DNA of 64,000 bases, from assembly GCA_963765495.1 (NCBI GenBank), contig CAVXWP010000002.1, forward strand, positions 320,001 through 384,000, read 5' to 3'. Each line of letters opens with the position of its first letter. Positions within the stretch are counted from its first letter, which is position 1. Source of the stretch: Blastocatellia bacterium (GTDB taxonomy: Bacteria; Acidobacteriota; Blastocatellia; UBA7656). The notes below the pieces were generated by a model that searched no databases, had not been told where the DNA came from, and worked only from the letters and a program-made list of their open reading frames with translations. Made by a program: the position numbers and the translations under genes. Below, piece after piece: positions 43,056 through 53,581 of this stretch.

Positions 43056-44390
43056 ATGTTTCTCATAATCCTCACACTGGCGCTGATTGTGGCGCTTGAT
43101 GCAAGTTGCGCAAGGCGACCGAAAGAGACTTATGTCCCCCCGCCGCCGACAATCGCTCCGCCAGAAATTGATCCGTGGAAAGTGGCCGCAAACAAGGTCG
43201 AAGAGGACCGGGGCGAGGTAACAGGACGCAAGGCCGAGGTTGAAGTGCCTGCCGAGTTGAAACACTACAGCGACCGCCGCCGGTTCTTAGCCGTGCAGGT
43301 GGCCGAATGGCTGAAGCAAAATTATGAAATCCCCCGCGATTACACAGACCTCGTAGCCTTGATTCGCCGCGACCACCTTGTCGAAATTGACCCGGTAGGC
43401 GATTTCTATATCATCTACGGCGTTGGAGGAAATGCTACAGACGAACCTTTCACTCATTATGACAAGAAGACGGGCAAAGACATCGAGTTGTTTGCCAGCC
43501 TGGAAGATTATCAGAAAGAAGACATCCGGCTGGGCGATTCGATAAAAGAGCTTCAAACGAAGATAGCCGACCTGAATGCTGAGTATAAAAAGACAGGCAG
43601 GCGAGACCGCGCGCGCCGCAGGGAGTTGCAAAGCCAGATGGCAGAAAGCCGAAAGGCCCTCACGGAAGTGGAAAAGAACCGGAACCTGCTTGCCTCCTTT
43701 TACAAGAAGGAGGCGACCCGCAAGCTTTTGCTCTCCGAATATCAGGAGCTTTCCAACTTTGCGCAGGATTTCGACGGGCGGTCTTATGATTTACAAGACC
43801 CGGCGGATCGTCGTAAGCTGAAGGTCAGATTGCTCAGCTTCCTGCGGCCCGAGGCGCGCGATGTGATGATCGAGATCGCCCGCGCCTACAGCGAAAAATT
43901 CGACCGGCCCCTGCCGATAACTTCGCTTGTGCGGACCGAAAGATACCAGCACCTGTTAAACGAAACAAACAAGAATGCCACGCTCATCGACGTGCCTCCG
44001 CACACTACGGGGCTCGCATTCGATATTTATGATAAGTACATGACGGCCGAAGAGCAAAACGCATTGATGGCTGAAATCTCAAGCCTTGAATCGGCAGGCC
44101 GCGTAGAAGCTCTGCGCGAAAACCGCGATCATATCCACGTGTTCGCCTTTGCCGACGGAGTGCGTCCGAGCGAAGAATTGATCAGCAAGGCGCTTGGCGA
44201 AGTGACCGGCTCAAAACCGGCCGGAAAGACCACGGTCAAACGCGCCGGAAAAAGAAAACAATCAAGAGGCGCATCTGCCGCCCGATCACGCAACGGCAAG
44301 AGATCGTCAAAGAGTACGAGGGCTTCGAAAGCCGGTGGCAGGAGAACAGGCACCGAGGCAAAGGCCGGCCCCGGAAGCGATGCCAATTAG
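43056..44390 (+). CDS. DUF5715-like exported protein with M15/LAS-type Zn-peptidase motifs
   Basis: Signal or lipoprotein N-terminus; ITSLVRT, HTTGLAFD (HxxxxxxD) and DHIH; basic C-terminal tail. Confidence 0.65.
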   Translation: MFLIILTLALIVALDASCARRPKETYVPPPPTIAPPEIDPWKVAANKVEEDRGEVTGRKAEVEVPAELKHYSDRRRFLAVQVAEWLKQNYEIPRDYTDLVALIRRDHLVEIDPVGDFYIIYGVGGNATDEPFTHYDKKTGKDIELFASLEDYQKEDIRLGDSIKELQTKIADLNAEYKKTGRRDRARRRELQSQMAESRKALTEVEKNRNLLASFYKKEATRKLLLSEYQELSNFAQDFDGRSYDLQDPADRRKLKVRLLSFLRPEARDVMIEIARAYSEKFDRPLPITSLVRTERYQHLLNETNKNATLIDVPPHTTGLAFDIYDKYMTAEEQNALMAEISSLESAGRVEALRENRDHIHVFAFADGVRPSEELISKALGEVTGSKPAGKTTVKRAGKRKQSRGASAARSRNGKRSSKSTRASKAGGRRTGTEAKAGPGSDAN

Positions 44391-44410
44391 GGCAGATCAG
44401 GCTCCAAATA

Positions 44411-45220
44411 ATGAAGATGAGAGAACGTCTCGACAAGGTCGTAGTTGAGCGGGGGCTTGCTGAAAGCCGGACCCGCGCTCAAGCCCTGATACTTGCGGGT
44501 CAGGTGCTGGTCCGCGACCAGCGAATTGATAAGCCCGGCCAGATGGTTGACGCGGAAGCGGAGATACGAATAAAAGGCGAAACGCCAAGATATGTGAGCC
44601 GTGGCGGCCTCAAACTCGAAGCCGCCTTGGAGCAGTTCGGCCTGTCGCCCGAGCGAAAGATTTGCATAGACATTGGAGCCTCGACCGGGGGCTTTACCGA
44701 TTGCCTGCTTCAACACGGGGCCGCTCGCGTCTGGGCGGTTGATGTGGGTCATAATCAACTGGCGTGGAAAATCCGAATCGACCCTCGCGTCGAAGCGTTT
44801 GAAGGCTTCAACGCCCGTCACCTCGACGAGGAAACTTTTCTCGATAAATTTGACATCGCGACGATAGACGTTTCTTTTATTTCGCTCTCAATAATCCTGC
44901 CCGCCGTGAAGCGGGTTATTACGCCCACGGCCGATGTGATCGCACTCGTAAAGCCTCAATTCGAAGTGGGCAAAGGCGAGGTAGGCAGGGGCGGAATCGT
45001 CACTGACCCGCTCAAGCACCGCCGCGTGCTCTGTGAAGTTCGAGATGCGGCCCGCGCCACGGGGCTTAGAGCGGTCGGATTGATCGCCTCACCCATCTTT
45101 GGCGCGGAAGGCAATCGCGAGTTTCTCATTCACTTGAAACAGGTAACTTCCGGGAAAATGGATCCTATTGAGAACATCATTACTGAACTGACATCTGAAA
45201 CCGATAACCCCTCTTTGTAA
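44411..45220 (+). CDS. tlyA: TlyA family rRNA methyltransferase
   Basis: S4 domain, YVSRGGLKL, DIGASTGGFTD, DVSFISL, KPQFE and GNREF. Confidence 0.97.
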   Translation: MKMRERLDKVVVERGLAESRTRAQALILAGQVLVRDQRIDKPGQMVDAEAEIRIKGETPRYVSRGGLKLEAALEQFGLSPERKICIDIGASTGGFTDCLLQHGAARVWAVDVGHNQLAWKIRIDPRVEAFEGFNARHLDEETFLDKFDIATIDVSFISLSIILPAVKRVITPTADVIALVKPQFEVGKGEVGRGGIVTDPLKHRRVLCEVRDAARATGLRAVGLIASPIFGAEGNREFLIHLKQVTSGKMDPIENIITELTSETDNPSL

Positions 45221-45389
45221 GGGTATCGGCTGAAATCTCGCGTCTTAAATATATTGATTGACAAATCTAATACCCAGGAGTAGAACCTTCCTACAGAGCG
45301 TAAATGGCTGAAACCAATAACAGACCGCTTGAGTCTATTTGTATCAGGCAACCTTTTTCCTATCCCAGTATTGCCTAGAGGTAGAATCA

Positions 45390-48386
45390 TTGATAACTGA
45401 TGTGATTTCGCATTATCGAGTTCTAGGAAAGCTCGGCTCTGGAGGGATGGGCAAGGTTTTTCTTGCAGAGGATATAAAGCTCGGGCGTAGAGTTGCTATC
45501 AAGTTTCTGCTTGAAAAAGGGGGAGAGGATGATCTGGCAAGGAAGCGGCTGATAAGAGAGGCGCAAGCGGCTGCCGCTTTGGATCATCCGAACATTTGCG
45601 CCATCCACGAGATAAACGACGAAGGGCCTCGCCCCTTTATCGTGATGCAGTATATCGAGGGAGACAATCTCGCGAAAAAGATAAAAGACCATCCTCTTGA
45701 ACTCGCAGAGATAATTGAGATAGCAGAGCAGTTGATCGGGGCGCTCATCGAAGCGCATTCGCGCGGGATTATTCATAGAGATATAAAACCCCAGAATATA
45801 ATCGTCACCGCTCGGGGGCAAATAAAGATTTTGGACTTCGGGCTCGCAAAGATACTCCCTGAGTCTAAGACGGTACAGACGGAATCGGACACACTGAGTC
45901 AACTGACTGAAGCCGGTCAAGTAGTGGGAACCGCCGGGTACATGTCCCCCGAACTGTTAAAAGGCGAGCCGGTTGATTCTCGCACAGACATTTTCTCGCT
46001 GGGAGTGGTTCTTTATAACTGCGCCACGGGCAAGGCTACTTTTACAGGGTCCAGCACGCTTGAGATTTGCTTAAAGGTAATCCAGTTTGAACCTCCAAAA
46101 CCCTCCGACATCAACCCGGAAGTGCCAAAGGAGATGGAAAGAATAATCCTCAAGGCAATGGCAAGAGATGTTGATGCTCGCTACCAGACTGCAAGTGATT
46201 TGCTCTCGGATCTATTAGAGCTAAAAGCAACTTTGCGGGAAGAGAGTCAGATACGCACAAGTATAATGGCGCACGCGCAGGCCCCTCTACATTTTAGAGT
46301 TCCGGCGCAATTATCCGGCCTGCTGCGAGGGAAGCCGCTAAAGTTCGCCTTCCTGATCGCTCCGGTTTTCCTGATTCTGGTTGTATGGTTAGCCCTGCCC
46401 CTTTTGCGTGGCGCTCATCATATTCCACCTCCCGAGGCAAGGCTCTGGTTCGATAGAGGGACAAACGCCATACGCGAAGGCAGTTACTATCAGGCGACCA
46501 AGGCCCTGAACCACGCCCTTGAGTTGGACAACAATTTTGCGCTCGCGCATGCGCGGCTGGCAGAGGCATATATGGAGGTCGACTCCAGTGACAGGGCAAA
46601 AGAAGAGATTCTCACAGCCATATCTTTAGTCTCTGATCGAACCGCGCTTCCGAAGTTAGACGCCATATATCTGGACGCCATCGTCGCTACGGTGAGGCGA
46701 GAGCTTACGGGAGCTATCGCGTATTACCAGGAGATTGTTCGGCAAGCACCCGAATCTGAGAAATCGAGCGCATATATGGACCTTGGCCGCGCATACGAAA
46801 AGAATGAAGATATAGACAAAGCCATAGAGTTATATCAGAAAGCGGCCCATCTTGCGCCTGAATCACCCGGCGCTTTCCTTCGACTGGCAATCCTTTACGG
46901 GCGAAAACAGGATATTAAAAGCGCCTCAGACGCATTCGATAAGGCTGAAAAGATATACAGCGACTTGAGCAACCAGGAAGGAACAGCCGAAGTGTTTTTC
47001 CAGCGCGGGGTCATGCTCAATAAGATCAATAAAATCGAAGACGCGCGTGTTCAGCTTGAGAAGGCTCTGTCAATTGCCCGCCAGATTGATAACAAATATC
47101 AGCAGATCAGGGCGCAGCTTCAGTTGAGCACGGTCTATATCGAAGATAATGCCGAGGTTGCCAGGAGCACCGCGACGGAGGCCATAAACCTGGCGCAGGC
47201 TAACAACCTGCGAAACCTTGCAGTAAACGGCCTCATAGATCTCGGATATACATTCCTGCGTCGCGGGGAATATGATGAGGCCGACAGGTACTTCAAACAG
47301 GCGCTGGATTTTGCGCGTGTGGATAATGCGCCTAGAAATGAGGCCAGAGCCTTGCTCGCTCTGGGGATGTTAAACGTGACTCAGGGTAATGATGATGAGG
47401 GAATTCATCTCCTCGAACAGGCGCTTGCGTTCTATAAACCAGCAGGCTATCGCAAAGAGACCTCGCTTGCTTTGACGATGATGGGTCGCGCCCAGCGCAG
47501 CAAAGGCAATTACGAGGAAGCAATAAAGATATTCGAAGAACAGCTACACCTCTCCGAAGAGCTTGGAGATTCTGCGATGGTGGCCGATTCGCACCTGAGC
47601 CTGGCCCTCACCTGCGCTGACCAGGAGCGATACCCGGAGGCGCTCCCGCATATTGAAGAGAGCTATAAAATAGATAAATCCTCAGGGTTTCTAATGAATA
47701 CCGGATACGATGAAATGAATAGAGCCGAAAGTCTCGGGCAGTTAGGCCGGTATGACGAAGCGCGCAGTTCTCTCAGCAAAGCACTCTCGATAGCCAGTCG
47801 CCCTGAGGCTGAATTCAAGACCTTGCAGGCGTGGGTGCATATGATATATGCGCAGATCGCGCTCAGTGAGCGGAACCTCGCGGAGGCCATAAAAGAAGGC
47901 CGACAGGTGCTGGAATTGGCCGGGAAAGACCGCGATTTGACGACACAGGCAAAGTGTTCGATAGGTCTCGCGCAGGCCCTGTCAGGGGAGTCAAAGACTG
48001 CGATTACAGATTGCGAGGAGGCCGTCGCCGTTGCCAGAGAGACAAAAAGCCCGAGTTTGGTTTCTAGCGCGCTTCTATCGCTCGCCGAGGTGATGCTGCA
48101 AGCTAAAGATGCAAAGGGCGCGATAGCGACCGCGTTGCAGGCGCAGGAGATGTTTGCTCGCGCGGGTCAGAGGGAATCAGAGTGGCGATCTTTGCTTGTT
48201 GCGGCAACCGCCAGCCAGATCGCGGGCAACATGGCGCAAGCCGCAGATTATGCGGCGCGCTCCGATAGCCTGCTTTCTGCGCTTCAGCAAGATTGGGGAG
48301 CCCAGGTATTTGAGGGTTACACGAGACGACCGGATATTCGATCATATCGTAATCAATTAGCCCAATTACTCAGAATTAAAAATTGA
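45390..48386 (+). CDS. Hanks-type Ser/Thr kinase with TM helix and long TPR domain
   Basis: GSGGMG, VAIK, HRDIKPQN, DFG and GTAGYMSPE; TM segment FAFLIAPVFLILVVWLAL; many TPRs. TTG start after GAGGT is inferred. Confidence 0.93.
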   Translation: MITDVISHYRVLGKLGSGGMGKVFLAEDIKLGRRVAIKFLLEKGGEDDLARKRLIREAQAAAALDHPNICAIHEINDEGPRPFIVMQYIEGDNLAKKIKDHPLELAEIIEIAEQLIGALIEAHSRGIIHRDIKPQNIIVTARGQIKILDFGLAKILPESKTVQTESDTLSQLTEAGQVVGTAGYMSPELLKGEPVDSRTDIFSLGVVLYNCATGKATFTGSSTLEICLKVIQFEPPKPSDINPEVPKEMERIILKAMARDVDARYQTASDLLSDLLELKATLREESQIRTSIMAHAQAPLHFRVPAQLSGLLRGKPLKFAFLIAPVFLILVVWLALPLLRGAHHIPPPEARLWFDRGTNAIREGSYYQATKALNHALELDNNFALAHARLAEAYMEVDSSDRAKEEILTAISLVSDRTALPKLDAIYLDAIVATVRRELTGAIAYYQEIVRQAPESEKSSAYMDLGRAYEKNEDIDKAIELYQKAAHLAPESPGAFLRLAILYGRKQDIKSASDAFDKAEKIYSDLSNQEGTAEVFFQRGVMLNKINKIEDARVQLEKALSIARQIDNKYQQIRAQLQLSTVYIEDNAEVARSTATEAINLAQANNLRNLAVNGLIDLGYTFLRRGEYDEADRYFKQALDFARVDNAPRNEARALLALGMLNVTQGNDDEGIHLLEQALAFYKPAGYRKETSLALTMMGRAQRSKGNYEEAIKIFEEQLHLSEELGDSAMVADSHLSLALTCADQERYPEALPHIEESYKIDKSSGFLMNTGYDEMNRAESLGQLGRYDEARSSLSKALSIASRPEAEFKTLQAWVHMIYAQIALSERNLAEAIKEGRQVLELAGKDRDLTTQAKCSIGLAQALSGESKTAITDCEEAVAVARETKSPSLVSSALLSLAEVMLQAKDAKGAIATALQAQEMFARAGQRESEWRSLLVAATASQIAGNMAQAADYAARSDSLLSALQQDWGAQVFEGYTRRPDIRSYRNQLAQLLRIKN

Positions 48387-48417
48387 AACGAAACTCTGTT
48401 AAAAAGGAGCGAATCTA

Positions 48418-48540
48418 ATGTCAACAAAACAACCCCCTCCCAGAGGCGGCAGTGATAAGCCAGGCGACAACAAAACAAATAAAAAGAGTGGAGCAAAGAA
48501 AGTCGGGTCAGCAACCAAAAAAACCGGGAAGAAGAATTAA
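48418..48540 (+). CDS. 40-aa Lys-rich small protein MSTKQPPPRGGSDKPGDNKTNKKSGAKKVGSATKKTGKKN
   Basis: Strong AAAGGAG RBS about 8 nt before the ATG, 31 nt after the kinase stop; below the ORF-track length cutoff. Confidence 0.6.
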   Translation: MSTKQPPPRGGSDKPGDNKTNKKSGAKKVGSATKKTGKKN

Positions 48541-48661
48541 GACTCTAATACCTGTCCTACGGGATTGCTCAAAGGTCATCAACTATGCGATCCGTTCAAG
48601 AAAGTGGACGGGGTTCGGGTGTGGTGTGTTTCGGTCAGCCCGATCTTAAAGGAGAGCCGTC

Positions 48662-50659
48662 ATGCAGGAACAGGATGATGTAAGGGGCGGGGAACAATTT
48701 CTCAGCTTTAGCAGTCAGAACATCAAAAAGATTATCAGGAAATCGAGAACCCTGTCGGATTTCATGGAAGTGTTTGATAGCCAGAGAGGGCTCTCCAGGA
48801 GCGAGCGGTTGAGCATAGTTGCTCAAGCTCTGGTATTGCTTGATATGAACTACGTTCACCTTCCGCTTAAACGGGCTATGCACGCCGTTGACCCGATACA
48901 GAGGCTCAAGTTGCTAAAGTTTCGCCTTGCCGAAATGAGCGAGAGCGAAATGCCCAGCGAGATGCTCTTTCACCAGAGGATGCTGGAGATATTCACTTCG
49001 GCCCGCGACATCCACACGATGTATTTATTGCCCGCGCCCTTTAACGACATGACTGCCTATCTTCCGTTTCTGATCGAAGAGTACTTTGAGAAGAGACAGC
49101 AAAAATTCATGGTTTCACGAATCGTCGAAAACTATTACGACCCGCTGAGAGACAAAGGCCCTGAGTATCTCAATTATGAACCCGGCGTGGAGGTGCTTTA
49201 CTGGAACGGAATGCCGATAGGGCGAGCCATAGAGGTCAACGGTGAGAAACAGGCCGGAAGCAATATCGAAGCACGGTTCGCGCGAGGTCTCGATAACCTT
49301 ACAATCCGACCGATGGGCACATCCCTGCCGCCAGATGAAAGGTGGGTAACCTTAACCTACAAGTCTATGAAAAAGGGCGGCGCGGAATTTGAGATGAAGC
49401 AGGAATGGCTGGTCTTCAACCCTAGAGAAATCGAGAGGAAGAAGGACACACAGGACGTGCATCGAATTCGAGAACAAATATCCGTGAGGACAGACCAAAA
49501 ACGAGCCGTCGATCAAAAAAAGACAGAGATCAACCGTGTTAAGAAAATTCTCTATCCTGGAATTCAACAAAATGATTCGGACGATTTTCAAAGAGATGTG
49601 ATAAAGACCAGAATGGCCGATACGCTACGGGCCGAGCGCATAAGAGTCCATGGAAGAGAGATTGGATACATAAGGATTTTTACTTTTGAAGTAACGCCGA
49701 CCCGTCTGGTAAACGGGATTATGCGTATCCTCGTGTCCAGATCATTTCCAAAGGAAGGTCTGATTCTGGATGTTCGGGGCAATGGCGGCGGTCAGATTGA
49801 TGCGGGAGAGCGGTTGCTTCAGTTATTCACTCCCAGAAGGATAAAGCCGGAGTTGTTTGAGTTTATCAATACGCCTTTGAATCTTGAGATATGTAGGAAT
49901 GCTCCGAAAAACTGGGAACTGTCAAAGTGGGCCAAATCAATCGCAGAATCTGTTATGACTAACGCCACCTATTCTTCCGGTTTTCCTATTACCTCTGAAG
50001 CGTCTTGCAACGATATAGGTCAGGTCTATTATGGGCCTGTCGTGCTTATCACAGATGCCTTGTCTTACAGTGCAACCGACATTTTTGCGGCAGGATTTCA
50101 GGATAACGAAATTGGAAAAATTCTGGGCACAAGCGGGAATACTGGCGCAGGCGGCGCAAACGTTTGGCCGTTAAGGGATTTGAGAATCGCTCTGGGGAAA
50201 CAAGAGAAGGGTCCGTTTACCTCTCTGCCAAGAGGCACGGGGATGTCTGTTGCCGTTCGCCGTAGTGTTCGAGTCGGCAAGCACTCTGGACGACCCCTTG
50301 AGGAGTTGGGAATCATTCCAGACCACAGACATTACATGACGCGGAATGATCTTCTGGGCAGGAACAGGGATCTGATTAAGCAGGCTGCAAAATTGTTGAT
50401 AAAAGAACCCGTTTATGGAATCTCGGTCAAACTCCTACAAAACCGCGATCAGTCCAGAACGATAGAGGTCACAACCAAAAACATTTCAAGACTCGATATA
50501 TACATTAATGATCGCCCGTTTAAAACGATAGACACTACGGATGAAACGATGCGGGTCGGTAAGATACCCCAAGGAATGAAAGAGACGAAATCTATCCTGC
50601 TATTGAAAGGGTTTAATAAATCCGGCACTCTTATTGCGTCGTGCAGGCGCTCAATCTGA
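48662..50659 (+). CDS. S41 family peptidase (no signal peptide)
   Basis: GYIRIFTF, LILDVRGNGGG, SYSATDIF, GAGG and LEELGIIPD; AAGGAG RBS. Confidence 0.88.
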   Translation: MQEQDDVRGGEQFLSFSSQNIKKIIRKSRTLSDFMEVFDSQRGLSRSERLSIVAQALVLLDMNYVHLPLKRAMHAVDPIQRLKLLKFRLAEMSESEMPSEMLFHQRMLEIFTSARDIHTMYLLPAPFNDMTAYLPFLIEEYFEKRQQKFMVSRIVENYYDPLRDKGPEYLNYEPGVEVLYWNGMPIGRAIEVNGEKQAGSNIEARFARGLDNLTIRPMGTSLPPDERWVTLTYKSMKKGGAEFEMKQEWLVFNPREIERKKDTQDVHRIREQISVRTDQKRAVDQKKTEINRVKKILYPGIQQNDSDDFQRDVIKTRMADTLRAERIRVHGREIGYIRIFTFEVTPTRLVNGIMRILVSRSFPKEGLILDVRGNGGGQIDAGERLLQLFTPRRIKPELFEFINTPLNLEICRNAPKNWELSKWAKSIAESVMTNATYSSGFPITSEASCNDIGQVYYGPVVLITDALSYSATDIFAAGFQDNEIGKILGTSGNTGAGGANVWPLRDLRIALGKQEKGPFTSLPRGTGMSVAVRRSVRVGKHSGRPLEELGIIPDHRHYMTRNDLLGRNRDLIKQAAKLLIKEPVYGISVKLLQNRDQSRTIEVTTKNISRLDIYINDRPFKTIDTTDETMRVGKIPQGMKETKSILLLKGFNKSGTLIASCRRSI

Positions 50660-50800
50660 AAGCGGGTCGGCCCAATCTTGAAGACTGTTCCAATAATGGC
50701 TGACCCGGGAAGCGGTTGTAAATTTTTCCGCCCCAGCTTGTTCGGTCGGCAGCCGATACTTTAAAATCGTTTCGCCGTGTTGGAATGATTGCGCTACTTT

Positions 50801-52015
50801 ATGCTCGCCACTTTCACACATCTCTTAGGCCCAAGAAAAGGAGAATGCGAACGCTTCGAATCCACCAGGATTTCGATAGGCCGCGCCCCCGATAATGACC
50901 TGATCTTCGGCGATAATGAAAGACGCGTCTCATCTCATCACGCAGAGATAATCCGCCGGATAGACCATTATGTCCTGCGCGATCTTGGCTCAACCAACGG
51001 GACCATGATCAACGGTCGCCGCGTCATCACAAGCGAAATAAGACCCGACGATCTGCTTGAATTCGGGGCAGGAGGCCCGCTTCTGCGCTTTGGCATCGAA
51101 CCCAAATCGGAAACCGGCGAGACACAAGAACCTGTTTCCGCACCGGGTTCTTCGAACCAGTCCGGGCAGGTAGAACCAGTTGCGAGCCGCAGCGTCATCG
51201 AAAAACTCGTCAATCGCGCCTTTCGCGCTCGATTGAGCAATAGGAGGCTTATCGCTGCCATAGTTCTGGCTATGATCCTCGGAGCGGTCGCGGGCATACT
51301 GCTCTCATCAAGGATCAGAGGAGCCAATCCGGTTGATTTGAGCTTTGCAGAAGTGGCGGCGCGGAATCATTCGGCGGTAGTCTTTATCCGCGTCGAGTTT
51401 GAGCTTTTGGATGCTGCCGGGCAGGTGGTCTCTTCCGATGCCCGCACAGGGTCGGGGTTCGTAGTCTCAACAAAAGGGCTGATCGTAACAAACCGGCATC
51501 TGATTCAGGATTGGGAGTACAGCCAGCCCGCAGTGGCCTATTCCGGGCGCACGACTAAAATAGAAGTGGTCTTTCCCGGTCAGACGCGTGAACAGGCGAT
51601 ACCGGCCGCGCTCTACCGGCTTTCAGCCTTCAAACAGACGGATGTCGCGATATTGAAGATCGAACCGCCGCCGGGCCTGCGCCCTGTCTTTGGCATCGAA
51701 AGCGATCTGAGCCATATAAATCAAGGCGAAGAGGTGGCCGTTATAGGCTATCCTCTGGGTCGGGACCTGATGCGACTGACCGGAGATGAACGGCTTGAGA
51801 CATCGCTTTCAACCGGAGTCGTCAGCCGCGTCAGTCAGGATTTTATCCAGCTCTATCTGCGCGCCTATCGCGGAAACAGCGGCGGCCCGGTCCTCAATCG
51901 GCGCGGTCGTGTTATAGGCATTCTCACTTCAAATATAGGGAGCGCCGAAGACATCGCCCTCGCTACTCCGATAGCAGCGGCTATGAACCTGATAAAGGAT
52001 GAGCCCGCGCAATGA
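50801..52015 (+). CDS. FHA domain-TM-trypsin-like serine protease
   Basis: IGR..SSHHA..DLGSTNGT (FHA), TM helix, then GSGF, TNRH, DVAIL and GNSGGP. Confidence 0.92.
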   Translation: MLATFTHLLGPRKGECERFESTRISIGRAPDNDLIFGDNERRVSSHHAEIIRRIDHYVLRDLGSTNGTMINGRRVITSEIRPDDLLEFGAGGPLLRFGIEPKSETGETQEPVSAPGSSNQSGQVEPVASRSVIEKLVNRAFRARLSNRRLIAAIVLAMILGAVAGILLSSRIRGANPVDLSFAEVAARNHSAVVFIRVEFELLDAAGQVVSSDARTGSGFVVSTKGLIVTNRHLIQDWEYSQPAVAYSGRTTKIEVVFPGQTREQAIPAALYRLSAFKQTDVAILKIEPPPGLRPVFGIESDLSHINQGEEVAVIGYPLGRDLMRLTGDERLETSLSTGVVSRVSQDFIQLYLRAYRGNSGGPVLNRRGRVIGILTSNIGSAEDIALATPIAAAMNLIKDEPAQ

Positions 52016-52286
52016 ATGATCGAGAATGGATGTGAAAAACAACAAATCTACTGCGTTCTTGATGAGAAGGCTTTGATTTTCTTGAAAGATTGATTGACAT
52101 TGATGTGAATGGTTGGGAATGAACTTAGATTTCCTGTCGGTCAATGGCACAATCTTTCAAATTGAGATAAAGTTCAGCAGAAGACCTGACCGGGCTTGAG
52201 TGATAGTGGGCAGGATCAACCGAAGTTTCAACACTCTCCGCTCCTATATCGCATTGGGCTTGTACAGAATAGAAAGGGAATAATGA

Positions 52287-53480
52287 ATGAGCGATCAACC
52301 ACAACACGCCCCGGAGCGCATCACTTACGAAAGATTCCAGCCGCCTGAACGGGTACTCCTAGGCCCCGGCCCGAGCCCTGTCGAAGATCGCGTGCTTGAA
52401 GCCATGGCCGCGCCCGTGCTCGGCCATCTCGATCCGCTTTTCCTGAAATGCATGGACGACATTCAGGAGATGCTCCGCTATGTATTCGAGACCTCAAACC
52501 GGCTGACCATTCCCATTTCAGGAACCGGCAGCGCAGGCATGGAAGCCGCGCTTGTAAATATTATCGAGCCGGGCGATGAAGTCATAGTCTGCATCCACGG
52601 CGTATTCGGCGAGCGAATGCACGAGATCATCGAACGCGCGGGCGGAACACCCATTGCCATCAGGACCGAATGGGGGCGACCTACGGATAAGAACCGCATA
52701 GAAGACGCTTTCAAGTCCCACAACCCGCGCGCCATTGCGATAGTCCACGCCGAGACTTCCACGGGTGTGCTCCAGGATTTATCGGGGCTCGGCGAACTGG
52801 CTCACAGCCGCGACGCGCTGCTGATAGTCGATGCGGTCACATCGCTCGGCGGTCACCCGGTCGGCGTAGACCGCAACCATATCGATGTCTGTTATTCGGG
52901 CACTCAAAAATGTCTGGGCGCGCCTCCCGGTCTTGCGCCAATTACGTTTTCAGACATCGCGGTTGAAAGCATTCGCTCGCGCCGCTCAAAGGTGCAAAGC
53001 TGGTATCTGGACATGACCATGGTAGAGCGATACTGGGGCGCGGATCGCGCATACCATCACACCGCGCCTATCTCTATGAACTATGCCCTGCGCGAGGCGC
53101 TGCGTATCGTATACACGGAAGGGCTTGAATCGAGGTGGGAGAGGCACAGGGCGAATCATCTTGCGCTTGTCGCGGGGCTTGAAGCGATGGGGCTCGAGAT
53201 GCTTGTCGCGCCCGGTGATCGCCTGTGGAGCCTCAATGCCGTTCGCGTGCCCGAAGGCGTAGACGACGGGCGAGTGCGGGCTCGATTGCTTAATGATTTT
53301 AACATCGAAATAGGCGGCGGTCTCGGCCCGCTCAAGAACAGGTTATGGAGGATCGGATTGATGGGTTCCGGCAGCACGCGAGAAAACGTATTGCTGGTGC
53401 TTGACGGCCTTCGCAGCGCGCTCGCAGGCGAAGGCTACGATTGCCCATCAGGAATCGAGGCGGCCTCTCGCATCGCGTGA
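52287..53480 (+). CDS. Alanine-glyoxylate aminotransferase family (class V)
   Basis: [29 protein letters not shown] and YHHT. Confidence 0.93.
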   Translation: MSDQPQHAPERITYERFQPPERVLLGPGPSPVEDRVLEAMAAPVLGHLDPLFLKCMDDIQEMLRYVFETSNRLTIPISGTGSAGMEAALVNIIEPGDEVIVCIHGVFGERMHEIIERAGGTPIAIRTEWGRPTDKNRIEDAFKSHNPRAIAIVHAETSTGVLQDLSGLGELAHSRDALLIVDAVTSLGGHPVGVDRNHIDVCYSGTQKCLGAPPGLAPITFSDIAVESIRSRRSKVQSWYLDMTMVERYWGADRAYHHTAPISMNYALREALRIVYTEGLESRWERHRANHLALVAGLEAMGLEMLVAPGDRLWSLNAVRVPEGVDDGRVRARLLNDFNIEIGGGLGPLKNRLWRIGLMGSGSTRENVLLVLDGLRSALAGEGYDCPSGIEAASRIA

Positions 53481-53558
53481 TACGTGATCCGTGATTTTCA
53501 GGGAAATGGCTGTTAACAGGTAATTGCCAATCTCCGGGTCACGCATCACGAATCACGA
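53476..53558. repeat. GTGAT/ATCAC heptamer-flanked element, copy C
   Basis: About 70 bp nearly identical to 63893-63965. Confidence 0.9.
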
Positions 53559-53581
53559 ACCAGATCATATCGGAGTTAAAT

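Noticed and set aside
48452-48649. 65-aa ORF after the kinase
   Set aside because: It lacks an RBS; the overlapping 48418-48540 frame has a strong RBS and an ATG start.
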